DNA of 64,000 nt from assembly GCA_964397415.1 (NCBI GenBank), contig CAYNIJ010000016.1:5048-69047 (forward strand), in the 5' to 3' direction. This document shows positions 47,559-56,799 of the stretch, one piece after another. The stretch's first letter is position 1. Each line of letters begins with the position of its first letter. Under the pieces are notes generated by a model, which saw only the letters and a list, made by a program, of their open reading frames with translations, was not told where the DNA came from and did not search any database. A program made the translations under genes and the position numbers. The DNA comes from an uncultured Ignavibacteriales bacterium (GTDB lineage: Bacteria; Zixibacteria; MSB-5A5; GN15; FEB-12).

Positions 47559-48989
47559 CTAACTGGGCAAGTGCTTTAAGGCCCGTGCGCCGATAGCCCT
47601 GGCCATGCGGCGGAAAACCCACACGTGGACAGGATAAACGGCATACCAGTAGAGGATGCCGAGAAGGCCACGGGGATAGAATCTGGCGGTCTGGATCAGG
47701 CTGCTCTGTTGATCAGACAGTGAGAGAACCTCAAACTCCAGCCAAGCTTTGCCTGGAACCTTCATCTCGGCGCGCAGGAGCAAACGCCTTCCTGGATCAT
47801 ATTCCTCAACCCGCCAGAAATCGAGCGTATCACCGATCGCGACGTTTTTGGGATCAACGCGACCTCGACGCAACCCCACGCCGCCAAGTAGTTCGTCCAT
47901 TAATCCACGTATCTTCCAGAGCCAGGTAGCCGAGTACCAGCCGTTCTGGCCACCAATGGTTTGGACAACCTCAAACAACTTGTCGGAAGAGGCCCACACA
48001 TCGACCACGCGGCGATCCGTCAGTATGTGTGATGGTTCGATCCAATTAATTATGGAATCACCCGGTGAGACTCTCTGCTCATCTCCAGGAAGAACGGGCC
48101 AAAGGGCATTGTTCACAGCCTGATCGAAGCCCATAGGTTTGATTTCAAAAACCGTCAGAGCGTCATCATTCTCGCAAATTGTCTCGTGCCGTAATCCTTC
48201 AATCAACGCCCGCGCCGGCGCCACGGGTACAGGGGTGACCAAACCAACCCAATAGGAGGAGAGTCGCGGTGTCAAAACAGGCAGTTCAATCAGCCATCGC
48301 CGCAAGCGGAGCGCTTTCGCGACGCGAAGCATCATGTCCCGGTAGGTCATCACCTCCGGGCCGCCGATGTCAATTATCCGGCCAATGGAGTTCGGGCGGT
48401 CAAGAGCGTCAACCAGGTAGGTCAGGACATCGTCAATGCTGATCGGCTGTGTTCGCGTCACCACCCAGCGAGGACAGATCATGACTGGCAGACGGTTTGC
48501 CAGATGGTGAATCATCTCAAATGAGAAAGAACCGGCGCCCACTATGACCGCAGCACGGAACTCGGTTACCGGTATTCCGGATTCACGGAGTATATCTCCT
48601 ACTTCATGCCGGCTTCTCAAATGTAAAGACTGTTCAACCTGGCGCTGGCCCAGACCACCCAGATAGAGGATCCTCTTGACCCCTGCTTCCCTCGCCGCAT
48701 CGCCGACATTGCGCGCCGCAATTCGATCCAACTCCGCGAAATCACCACGAGTATTCGCCATGGAATGTACCAAGTAGTAGATAACCTCTGTTTTCTGGAC
48801 TGCATCGCGGAGATCCGCGGGATTGAGTGCGTCTCCTTTGAGCACATGAACAGAACCTGACCATGGCCTGTCGACGAGTTTCGCGGGGTCGCGCGCAAGA
48901 CAGGTTACCCGGTGACCTGCTGCCACCAATCGCGGCACCAGTCGGGATCCGACATATCCAGTTGCGCCAATAACTAGTAAATTCTTCAT
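47559..48989 (-). CDS. NAD(P)-binding SDR/NmrA-like protein with DUF2867-like C-terminal domain
   Basis: Start chosen at MKNLLVIGATGYVGSRLV (Rossmann GxxGxxG). The C-terminal ~170 aa are a separate domain. Confidence 0.8.
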   Translation of the reverse strand: MKNLLVIGATGYVGSRLVPRLVAAGHRVTCLARDPAKLVDRPWSGSVHVLKGDALNPADLRDAVQKTEVIYYLVHSMANTRGDFAELDRIAARNVGDAAREAGVKRILYLGGLGQRQVEQSLHLRSRHEVGDILRESGIPVTEFRAAVIVGAGSFSFEMIHHLANRLPVMICPRWVVTRTQPISIDDVLTYLVDALDRPNSIGRIIDIGGPEVMTYRDMMLRVAKALRLRRWLIELPVLTPRLSSYWVGLVTPVPVAPARALIEGLRHETICENDDALTVFEIKPMGFDQAVNNALWPVLPGDEQRVSPGDSIINWIEPSHILTDRRVVDVWASSDKLFEVVQTIGGQNGWYSATWLWKIRGLMDELLGGVGLRRGRVDPKNVAIGDTLDFWRVEEYDPGRRLLLRAEMKVPGKAWLEFEVLSLSDQQSSLIQTARFYPRGLLGILYWYAVYPVHVWVFRRMARAIGARALKHLPS

Positions 48990-49077
48990 AAGGTACCGCT
49001 TGGAACCCCGGGTACACGAACCCGGTTCCCTGAATTGAGATGGCAACGAGTCGGATCATCCGGGCAAATCATGTTAC

Positions 49078-49590
49078 TTGAGGTTAACAATGTCGACCGC
49101 AATTCATACACAGAGTATTGGACGGCCGCTTTCAGGCAAAATCGGAGGATTGGCCGTATGGTTGTTACTCTCCTTTATAGTCGCTTCATTTGGAGCCTTA
49201 TTCCAGACGGGAGACTGGTACCAGACGATAGCGAAACCAAGTTGGACGCCGCCAGGTTGGATCTTTGGGCCCGTCTGGACGCTCCTGTATATCGCAATGG
49301 CGGTAGCTGCCTGGTTAGTCTGGCTTGAGGGAGGCTGGAAGTCTAACCGCATAGCGTTATCTCTGTACATTGTTCAACTCATTTTCAACGCGGCCTGGTC
49401 ATGGCTCTTTTTCGGTGTGCATACGATCGGCGGGGCGCTCGTTGACATTGTTATCCTCTGGCTACTGATCCTGACCACGTTGATCCTGTTTTGGCGTCGA
49501 CGACCAACTGCCGGACTACTCCTCCTGCCATATGCGTTGTGGGTCGGGTTTGCGACCGCGTTGAATTTCCAGATATGGAGACTCAATTGA
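49078..49590 (+). CDS. tspO: TspO/MBR tryptophan-rich sensory protein
   Basis: 170 aa with five TM helices. Motifs are KPSWTPPGWIFGPVWTLLY, NAAWSWLFF and PYALWVGFATALN. The start could also be 49090. Confidence 0.85.
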   Translation: MRLTMSTAIHTQSIGRPLSGKIGGLAVWLLLSFIVASFGALFQTGDWYQTIAKPSWTPPGWIFGPVWTLLYIAMAVAAWLVWLEGGWKSNRIALSLYIVQLIFNAAWSWLFFGVHTIGGALVDIVILWLLILTTLILFWRRRPTAGLLLLPYALWVGFATALNFQIWRLN

Positions 49591-49609
49591 GCATGGAGCA
49601 GACAACATC

Positions 49610-49650
49610 AAAAGAAAAGCCCGGCAGGTGAATTAATCGCCATGCCGGGC
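49610..49650 (-). terminator. Intrinsic terminator (3' module of repeat copy A)
   Basis: Minus strand reads GCCCGGCA-16 nt-UGCCGGGC followed by UUUUCUUUUG. Confidence 0.6.
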
Positions 49651-49703
49651 TCGGTTAGCACTCGATAACTCGCCTTTCGAGTGCATCCCCTCTCACTCCC
49701 GAC
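49619..49703 (-). repeat. Copy A of an 85-nt two-hairpin element (candidate small RNA or 3'-UTR module)
   Basis: Aligns base for base with 58141-58225. It contains an identical 26-nt core, cactcgataactcgcctttcgagtgc. Orientation is inferred from the terminator-like 3' hairpin. Confidence 0.6.
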
Positions 49704-49996
49704 GCAATTTTTTACCGCCATTTCCTCGCCACAACCAGACTTCACACCTCCCGGTCGCAACTGGCCGCGCCGGAAGGTGTCTGCTTAGAAGTTGATTTCT
49801 GACTGTGGCCGCGAACCTTGGCAATCGGGAGGCGCTGCCAGCCGAAAAGTGTAATACAAACGGTGTGCCGGAACCTTAAGAGGACCGAGTGCGTCGTAAC
49901 TGATTGGGGAATATAAGGGAAGGGCCGACAGTGTACGGCCGACAGGATTGATTCGGGGATTTTCTACCTCAAACAGGGTTTTAAGGCGAGGTAGAC

Positions 49997-51349
49997 CTAC
50001 TCCCACTGGAGGTTGTGATCGATACAGTACTTGCGCAGATTGGCTTTGTCGGTCTTTAGCAGCTCCGCGGCCAGTGAATAGTTTCCGTTTGCCTCTCGAA
50101 GGGCATTCACGATCAGCGCACACTTGTACGATTCGACCTTGCCAGAAAGCGATGAAGGGTCACCACCTGATTCAGACCGGTCCGAGGATCCGTTGAGGTA
50201 CTCATCAATCTCATTCGCGTCGACCAGGCCTGAGTAAGAACGCGCGAGAATCGACTCGACTGCTTCACGCAGTTCTCGAACGTTGCCTTGCCATTCGTGC
50301 GCCACAAGTCGTTCAATCGCCTGCTGAGTGAAGACCATCGGAAGGCCGTCATACTTCTGAATATAGAGCTGTGCAAAGTGCTTAACTAGAAGCGGAATGT
50401 CCTCTCTCCGCAGACCCAGTTTCGGGAGAACCAGGGAGACTCCTTTGAGCCGGAAGAACAGATCGGAACGGAATGTTCCCTCCTTGGTCATTTTCGCCAG
50501 ATCTTTGTGTGTCGCGCATATCACCCTGACATCGGTCTTTCGCGGCTCATCTTCGCCCAACCGAGTGTAGATACCCGTATCCAACACCCTGAGTAATTTT
50601 GCCTGTGTAGTGATGTCCAAATCACCTATCTCGTCAAGAAAGATCGTGCCGCCATTGGCAGAACCAAACATGCCCTTTCGTTCTTCGGAATCGGTGAATG
50701 AGCCTTTTGAGTGTCCGAATAGTTCGGATGCGACAAGATCAGGTGACTTATGATTGCAGTGAAGAATGCTGAACGGCTTGTTCCGGCGCGGCGATAGGAG
50801 GTGGATAGCTTTGGCGACAACATCCTTTCCGGTTCCCGTATCGCCGAAGATCATCACTTTGATGTCCGACTCCGCGATCTTCTCGACCTCACGGACTATC
50901 TTCAGGATCGCCTGAGATCTACCGACTATTCCAATGGGCGTGCCGTCTACTGTAGAGTCGAGGCGGCCCGTGCACGCAAACTGATATGCCTCTACCGCGT
51001 TTCGCACGCTGCGCACCAGCTTGACTGCCGACTGCCCTTTGTCGATATAGTCGAACGGCTTCTCGGAACGGTCGATACGCTGCTCGTCATAATCGCCGGG
51101 AAAGCCGGTATGGAAGATCACCATCACCTTTGGAAGGATCTCCCGGATCCTCTGCGCGGCAACAATCCCATCCATTCCTTCCATTTTGATATCCATAACC
51201 ACGACAGCTATATCTTCATGTGACTGCGCGTGGGCGATCGATTCCGGTCCGGAGGACGCGCTCAACAGCTGGTAATCATCCTCAAAAAGAGCAACGAGCG
51301 ACTCCAGTACACGTGGGTTGTCATCAACGAGCATGATCTTGGCGAGCAT
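49997..51349 (-). CDS. Sigma54-dependent (NtrC-family) response regulator
   Basis: 450 aa with REC (IMLVDDN...VVMDIKM), AAA+ Walker A GDTGTGKD, ELFGHSKGSFTDS (a variant of the GAFTGA loop), and a C-terminal Fis-type HTH. Confidence 0.85.
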   Translation of the reverse strand: MLAKIMLVDDNPRVLESLVALFEDDYQLLSASSGPESIAHAQSHEDIAVVVMDIKMEGMDGIVAAQRIREILPKVMVIFHTGFPGDYDEQRIDRSEKPFDYIDKGQSAVKLVRSVRNAVEAYQFACTGRLDSTVDGTPIGIVGRSQAILKIVREVEKIAESDIKVMIFGDTGTGKDVVAKAIHLLSPRRNKPFSILHCNHKSPDLVASELFGHSKGSFTDSEERKGMFGSANGGTIFLDEIGDLDITTQAKLLRVLDTGIYTRLGEDEPRKTDVRVICATHKDLAKMTKEGTFRSDLFFRLKGVSLVLPKLGLRREDIPLLVKHFAQLYIQKYDGLPMVFTQQAIERLVAHEWQGNVRELREAVESILARSYSGLVDANEIDEYLNGSSDRSESGGDPSSLSGKVESYKCALIVNALREANGNYSLAAELLKTDKANLRKYCIDHNLQWE

Positions 51350-51398
51350 AAGTAAGTTCTGTTGGGTTGAGGTTGCCTTGATTTGTGCGGAAGAGGAG

Positions 51399-53666
51399 TT
51401 AGCTAGTAGCGATTTTCAGCCTCACTTCAAACGCCGTCCCCATTCCCGGTTGACTGGTCACAGTTATTTGTCCGTCGTACATTTCAATTATTTTCTTTGA
51501 CGTAGAAAGTCCCAGACCGGTACCCTTGTGCGGTTTAGTCGAGAAAAGGGTATCAAAGATTCTGGGGAGATCGTCAGGCGAGATTCCGATCCCGTTGTCG
51601 GCGAACGTGATCACTGCCACATCGCCAGACAACTTCCACGACACCAATATAGTCGGACTTGTCCGATTTGTCAAGGCATCGAGGCTGTTGAGAATCAAGT
51701 TGCTCCAGACCATCCCCAGTTGTGTCTCATTACAAGTGACCAGTACTACTTCCGGACCGCTCGTAGTGACTTGAATACCGAACTGGTCCATAAGGGGTCG
51801 ATTTGCCGCTATCGCTTTTCGCAGCGACAACGCAAGATCAACCGATTGCTCCTGCCGCTCTGAGTCGAGCTTGGTGTACTGGGATATCAGGTGCGTGATG
51901 GCGATCGCCCGAGAGATCGAACCACCGACATGCTTGAGATGATCCTGCGCTTTATCTGATTGAATGTTTCCGTCATCAAGCATCCTGTTCAGTTTGAGCA
52001 AAGAGCTGTCGGCCGGGAACAGTGCATTCCGGATCTCATGGGCGAATCCGCCGGCGATATCTTTCGCCTGGCGATATTTCTCCTGCGCGATGATAGTCTG
52101 TTGCGCCTCTTTGAGCGCCTGATGGGTCCGCTCCAGTTCTTCTTTCTGCCGGGCGATGGTTGAAAGGTTGAGCTTGGTCTTTCGACGGTAGTAGTTGCTG
52201 ACAATCGCCCCGGCAAGGGCGGCGAACAGAGTCACTAGGATGTAGAGCTGGTTGTTGCGGTAGAAGATGGCGATTAGTGTGGTCCAGGGACGAGAGTGGA
52301 TCCTGATCTGGTACGCGTTGCCGTGGAATGTGGCCACGACAAGTCGAGAGACGTTTCCCGCGCTATCACGTTCCGCAACCTCTGCGTAGTCAAACTTTGG
52401 CAGATCCAGCAACTTGCGGAAACGGTTGTCAAAGATCCCCGCTGACCTGTCCGGTTCGTCGCATAAGAGAACATTGCTCTTGCCGGCAAATCCGGCCATT
52501 GTCGTTCTGAAGTACGGAACTGCGCTTCCCGTGTATATTGCCAATTCGTGCAGTGACGAATCGAGAATATGAACGGAATTGTCGCGCGTTCTGACATACA
52601 CATTCTCAGGACCACGTTCTTGCCAATCAGCCAACAGGATCTCTGAACCCGGTATTGTATACCTAAATTGAGCAAGCAGTTGACCGTTGGCACTGATCTT
52701 GGAAACATGAGTCAACGTTGTTAACGTTTCTGCTGTCGATTCAGGTGTGTCAAGCGGCAGGTCATGCACAAAGTAGAACGTGAAATCACGAACAGATTTG
52801 ACCAGTCTGGTTCCATGGGGATATCTGGAAGCAAGGCGGTGAAAAAGAATCCTCCCTTCGATATCCACCCTGAAGAGGCGCGAGAGGTCGTCTCTGAAGA
52901 GAGAATCTTGTGCACCCTGCGCGGGATTATGAGTAGCCACCAGCAGACCCGGGCCGAGTGAGTCCTCGCAGGGGTAGGCTTCAGTGACCGGTGAAGATAC
53001 GGGCAAAGTCCATTCAACTCTAAACGGGTTCGACTGAATCGATACGAGGAGTCGCGGCCGAAGGTCTCGTTGGCTATCGAGGTAGAAAATTGACTCGGAA
53101 CGGCCATCCTTATCATAATCCGCGGTCAGCACGTGAGAAAAGATACCCTTCCAACAGCTATCTCCGTCAAGATCGTTTCCATTAGCGACAAAGATCCGTT
53201 CGAGCGAATCGGTCAATAACGACCATCGGATGACGAAAGCGGAGTCCTGCCAAAAACCGGTGATGAACACGGCCGTATCGGCAGGCTGTGAGTCGATAAC
53301 CACAGCCTGATCTGATATGGAAATCTGAGGTATCGGCTTCTCCCCGAGAATGGTATGAGTGTTCAGTGATTTCCAGAGTAACCTACCGGGATGATAGTCA
53401 ATGCTGTTGGGGTTTTGTGCGTAAACTACTGATCCATCGCGCTTGCCCACTTTCCCTTCACAGACCACTCTCATAGCGTGTACCACTGGAGTGGCTCCTT
53501 CCAGGGCATACCAGTGAGTCTCTACAACGCCAAAAAATGGCAGGTAGCTGGTGTCCGACTCAACATCGAGTTCGATGTGCTGCACGCCATTGTCGCAGGA
53601 TAGACCGGCGAGCAGTGACAGACCAGCGGCCAAGACGGCCAGGATCGGCAAAGTGTATTTGGACAA
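51399..53666 (-). CDS. Sensor histidine kinase with large extracytoplasmic N-terminal domain
   Basis: 755 aa. Signal/lipobox-like LLAGLSC, then a ~470-aa exported region with Asp-rich DLDGDS/DYDKDGRSE (FG-GAP-like) motifs, then one TM. H-box GFAHEIRNAL. ATPase boxes LILNSLDA, DNGIGI and GTGLGLS. Confidence 0.85.
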   Translation of the reverse strand: MSKYTLPILAVLAAGLSLLAGLSCDNGVQHIELDVESDTSYLPFFGVVETHWYALEGATPVVHAMRVVCEGKVGKRDGSVVYAQNPNSIDYHPGRLLWKSLNTHTILGEKPIPQISISDQAVVIDSQPADTAVFITGFWQDSAFVIRWSLLTDSLERIFVANGNDLDGDSCWKGIFSHVLTADYDKDGRSESIFYLDSQRDLRPRLLVSIQSNPFRVEWTLPVSSPVTEAYPCEDSLGPGLLVATHNPAQGAQDSLFRDDLSRLFRVDIEGRILFHRLASRYPHGTRLVKSVRDFTFYFVHDLPLDTPESTAETLTTLTHVSKISANGQLLAQFRYTIPGSEILLADWQERGPENVYVRTRDNSVHILDSSLHELAIYTGSAVPYFRTTMAGFAGKSNVLLCDEPDRSAGIFDNRFRKLLDLPKFDYAEVAERDSAGNVSRLVVATFHGNAYQIRIHSRPWTTLIAIFYRNNQLYILVTLFAALAGAIVSNYYRRKTKLNLSTIARQKEELERTHQALKEAQQTIIAQEKYRQAKDIAGGFAHEIRNALFPADSSLLKLNRMLDDGNIQSDKAQDHLKHVGGSISRAIAITHLISQYTKLDSERQEQSVDLALSLRKAIAANRPLMDQFGIQVTTSGPEVVLVTCNETQLGMVWSNLILNSLDALTNRTSPTILVSWKLSGDVAVITFADNGIGISPDDLPRIFDTLFSTKPHKGTGLGLSTSKKIIEMYDGQITVTSQPGMGTAFEVRLKIATS

Positions 53667-53761
53667 GAAATTCTCCCAAGACGAGGCGAGTCGTCTCGGG
53701 GTAATATAATAGAGTGAACAAGAGATGATGACAGAATTTTGCGGGAATCGACCGGTCAGGA

Positions 53762-54742
53762 TTACAGCAGGTTCTTTCCCCTCATCCAGTCGTCGTTGAA
53801 GTAGGTGCTGAGGTAACGGGAGGCGCCATCCGGAAAGATAGTTACGATCCGGGCTCCTTGTGGCAAGCTCCGTGCAAGATTCAAAACCGCCCAGATCGCC
53901 GCGCCGCTCGAACCGCCAACCAGCAGTCCCTCATCGCGAGCCACTTGACGGGCGAGGGTGATCGCGTCCTTGTCCGAGACCTGGACTATATCATCAACCA
54001 CGCTGAAATCGGCGCAGCCAACGATGAACTCATCTCCCAGGCCTTCCATCAAATACGGCGCGGGCTTCACCATCCGCTTGGAGCGGAAATACTCCGTGTA
54101 CACCGAACCCTCGATATCAACTGCGACAGTCCTGATCCTGGGGTCTTTCTCCTTGAGGAATTTGCCGATCCCCCCCATTGTCCCGCCAGTCCCCATTCCG
54201 GCCACCAGATAATCAATCTTACCTTCCATCTGCTCCCATATCTCGGGACCAGTGGTGTGGTAGTGCGCTTCGTTGTTCTCGCGATTGTTATGTTGATCCG
54301 GAAAATAGCAGTGATCCAGTTCTTTGGCGAGCCGGGGAGTGATGTTGTTATATGAATCAGGATGCTCCGGCGGGAGCGAAGTATCCGCCTTGACCACATC
54401 GACACCCAGCGCGAGCAGTTGGCTCAACTTCTCTTTGGCGATAGTGTCCCGCACCACAACCTTGAGTTTATATCCGCGCTGAATCGCGACCAGCGCGAGT
54501 CCCATCGCCATATTGCCGGAAGAGTTTTCGATGATCGTATCTCCCGGCTTGATCCGGCCGTCTTTTTCGGCTTTCAAGATCATATGTCTGGCGACGCGGT
54601 CCTTGATGGAACCGGACGGATTCAGAAACTCAAGTTTGGCATAGACCGCAGGCTTTAGTCCGGCAGTGATATGGTTAAGTCTAACCAGAGGGGTTTTTCC
54701 AATGGCGTCCAAGATACTTTCAAACCGATGTAGCCTTGACAT
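53762..54742 (-). CDS. PLP-dependent cysteine synthase family enzyme (CysK/CysM/CBS-like)
   Basis: 326 aa with PLP-Lys motif NPSGSIKDR, plus SSGN and GTGGT loops. Confidence 0.85.
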   Translation of the reverse strand: MSRLHRFESILDAIGKTPLVRLNHITAGLKPAVYAKLEFLNPSGSIKDRVARHMILKAEKDGRIKPGDTIIENSSGNMAMGLALVAIQRGYKLKVVVRDTIAKEKLSQLLALGVDVVKADTSLPPEHPDSYNNITPRLAKELDHCYFPDQHNNRENNEAHYHTTGPEIWEQMEGKIDYLVAGMGTGGTMGGIGKFLKEKDPRIRTVAVDIEGSVYTEYFRSKRMVKPAPYLMEGLGDEFIVGCADFSVVDDIVQVSDKDAITLARQVARDEGLLVGGSSGAAIWAVLNLARSLPQGARIVTIFPDGASRYLSTYFNDDWMRGKNLL

Positions 54743-54808
54743 TCAGTCTCCTCGATTGCCGGCCGATGATTGCGTCACACGCCCCTGTTGGAGCGCATGT
54801 ATCGGCCA

Positions 54809-54837
54809 ATTGAACGGTGGGGGGAGTGACTTGTCAA
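54809..54837 (-). promoter_or_regulatory. Sigma70-like promoter candidate for the cysteine synthase gene
   Basis: Minus strand reads TTGACA, a 17-nt spacer, then TTCAAT, about 65 nt upstream of the ATG. Confidence 0.3.
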
Positions 54838-54929
54838 GGTTAAGACAAGAGCATTCTATCTCACAGATTCTCAGCGAGTTGTGCCGCAATGCGCTTGGCT
54901 TCTGAAGGCACCGAGAGAGGACGCCAAGT

Positions 54930-54963
54930 GAAAAACCGGCGACAGACAACTGTCTGTCGCCGG
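54930..54963 (-). terminator. Intrinsic terminator after the SBBP/T9SS gene
   Basis: Minus strand reads CCGGCGACAGACA-GU-UGUCUGUCGCCGG followed by UUUUUCAC. Confidence 0.75.
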
Positions 54964-54984
54964 CTGGATTGGGTGGTTGTTCAA

Positions 54985-56667
54985 CTACTTGAGCATTACC
55001 ATCTTTTTCGTCTTCACCACGCCGTCCGCAATGAGACGATACAAATAGACCCCGGTCGAAACGAGGTTGCCGGATTCATCGGATCCGTCCCACACCACGG
55101 AGTGCGACCCGGCGGCCCGGTCCTCATGGAGTAGCGTGCGAACCTTCTGCCCCCGAATATTGAATATTTCGATATCAACGTCCGCTCGTCTCGCCAGATT
55201 GAAAGAGATAGTTGTAGACGGGTTGAACGGATTCGGATAATTCTGACCGAGCATGAAATCAGATGGACGGATCATGTCATCGGCAACATCGGTCGGCACA
55301 CCCGGCGAACCTTTGGCGATATAGCACCCGGAGGTGTTCAAAGTTGTCGTGCCAAAGGTAACGGTTGTCGGATTTGACGCCAGGTGGTACCCGCCGACAT
55401 ACAACGCGTCCCCTGCCGTATTAAAGATGAGGCGTTTAGGGTCACTGAGCCCCAGTCCGGTCGGTTTCAGGCGCGACAGATACTGCCCACTGGTATTGAT
55501 ACTGACCAGCATTGTGCCCATGGTGGTCGAGGGAACGTGGTCTGCTCCGGCAAAATTGACTGTCCCGGATGGGGCCATGGCCACCCAGATATTGTTGTCC
55601 GGGTCGCACACGACCTGACGCGAGAAATTCTGGTTGGTAGAAGTCCCATTGAGCGCCCACTCATAGGTTCCGGTCGGCGAGTATCTGGCAAGGTAAACTG
55701 CCGACAACGCGTTGAAGTTGGTCAGCGTGTCATTCTGTATCCCGATCTTCGAGTAGTAATCTCCAAACACGTAGACATTCCCTGCCTGATCAGTGGTTAG
55801 CGAATTCGCCAGGTCGCTCCCCGCCGCGCGGGAGCCAAATTGACGGGCCCAGAGAACGGTTCCGCTCGTGTTGTACTTCACGACAAAACAATCCAGATCA
55901 GAAGTCGAAGGCGTGGTCAGTGTAACGCCGCCAAAGTTGACCGTTCCGCCAAACGTGCCGCACGCCAGCAAATTGCCGTCTTTGTCGATGGCGACATCAT
56001 AGAAGAGCTGCTGTGCGCCCAGCCCAGTCGGGATTGTGCGTGTCCAGATCGTGTCGCAGTTCATATTGAGTTTGGCGATCATGGTGGCGTTCACCATCGC
56101 CATAAAGCCGAGTGGACTGTAGTCAAGACCGCCAACGGAGATGCCTATCCTCTGAACGGTCTTCGCCGTGGTGCAGGTGCCGTTCGCGTCGAATTTGGCC
56201 ACACAACATCCGAAAATGAGCGAGGTGACATTCTGACCATCGAGGCTGAAATTCGGCGAGCCGAAATATATCTGCGCGTACATGTTTCCAGCCGTGTCGG
56301 TGACCATGTCGATGATCTGATCGGCATTCGCGGTGCCGTATGATTTCGCCCACTGAATAGCGCCGGTCGAGTTGGTCTTTGCCAGGAAGATGTCATTCCC
56401 TCCCAGACTGCTCAGGTTGGCGGAGCCGACAACCGATGGGTCAGCTACCGCTCCTCCGAAGAAGACGTTCCCGGTCTTGTCGACGCCGATGCCATAGGTG
56501 GTGATGCCGCCAAAGATAGGGGTGCCAGTGAGTCGGCCATCTGCGACCCAATCCCATGTCGGAACCTGGGCGGCGCTTTGACCACTGAAAAGCAGTCCTA
56601 GTCCGGCTGCAAAGGCGAAAGAGAGACAAGAGCGCCGAAAGGCGCGCTTCGTGAGCGATAGAGACAT
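54985..56667 (-). CDS. Secreted beta-propeller (SBBP-like repeat) protein with T9SS C-terminal sorting domain
   Basis: 560 aa with a signal peptide and repeated ...D..GN(V/I/L)Y(V/F).G... units. The C-terminus is GQNYPNPFNPSTTISFNL...GVYLYRL...KTKKMVMLK. Confidence 0.8.
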   Translation of the reverse strand: MSLSLTKRAFRRSCLSFAFAAGLGLLFSGQSAAQVPTWDWVADGRLTGTPIFGGITTYGIGVDKTGNVFFGGAVADPSVVGSANLSSLGGNDIFLAKTNSTGAIQWAKSYGTANADQIIDMVTDTAGNMYAQIYFGSPNFSLDGQNVTSLIFGCCVAKFDANGTCTTAKTVQRIGISVGGLDYSPLGFMAMVNATMIAKLNMNCDTIWTRTIPTGLGAQQLFYDVAIDKDGNLLACGTFGGTVNFGGVTLTTPSTSDLDCFVVKYNTSGTVLWARQFGSRAAGSDLANSLTTDQAGNVYVFGDYYSKIGIQNDTLTNFNALSAVYLARYSPTGTYEWALNGTSTNQNFSRQVVCDPDNNIWVAMAPSGTVNFAGADHVPSTTMGTMLVSINTSGQYLSRLKPTGLGLSDPKRLIFNTAGDALYVGGYHLASNPTTVTFGTTTLNTSGCYIAKGSPGVPTDVADDMIRPSDFMLGQNYPNPFNPSTTISFNLARRADVDIEIFNIRGQKVRTLLHEDRAAGSHSVVWDGSDESGNLVSTGVYLYRLIADGVVKTKKMVMLK

Positions 56668-56718
56668 AGAGCCCTCCGATGATAATGTGATAGCCCGGGG
56701 AAATGACTGAGATATGAC

Positions 56719-56746
56719 AATATAGACTGAATTAGCCTATTGTCAA
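56719..56746 (-). promoter_or_regulatory. Sigma70-like promoter candidate for the SBBP/T9SS gene
   Basis: Minus strand reads TTGACA, a 16-nt spacer, then TATATT, about 50 nt upstream of the ATG. Confidence 0.3.
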
Positions 56747-56799
56747 AGCATAAGAACACCCGGCGGCGGAGTGGTTACCGCAGCCGGGGTAATCCCCCC

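Noticed and set aside
49704-49720. Sigma54-like promoter TGGCGG-N7-TTGC upstream of repeat copy A (minus strand), and AGGCAC...GC near 58226-58240 upstream of copy B
   Set aside because: The GG-to-GC spacing is off by 2 nt in copy A and by 1 nt in copy B relative to the strict TGGCAC-N5-TTGC geometry. In addition, the two copies do not share the motif.
49785-50123. 112-aa minus-strand ORF
   Set aside because: It overlaps the 3' end of the sigma54 regulator gene in another frame and continues into non-coding DNA. Its composition is Pro/Arg-rich and it has no motif.
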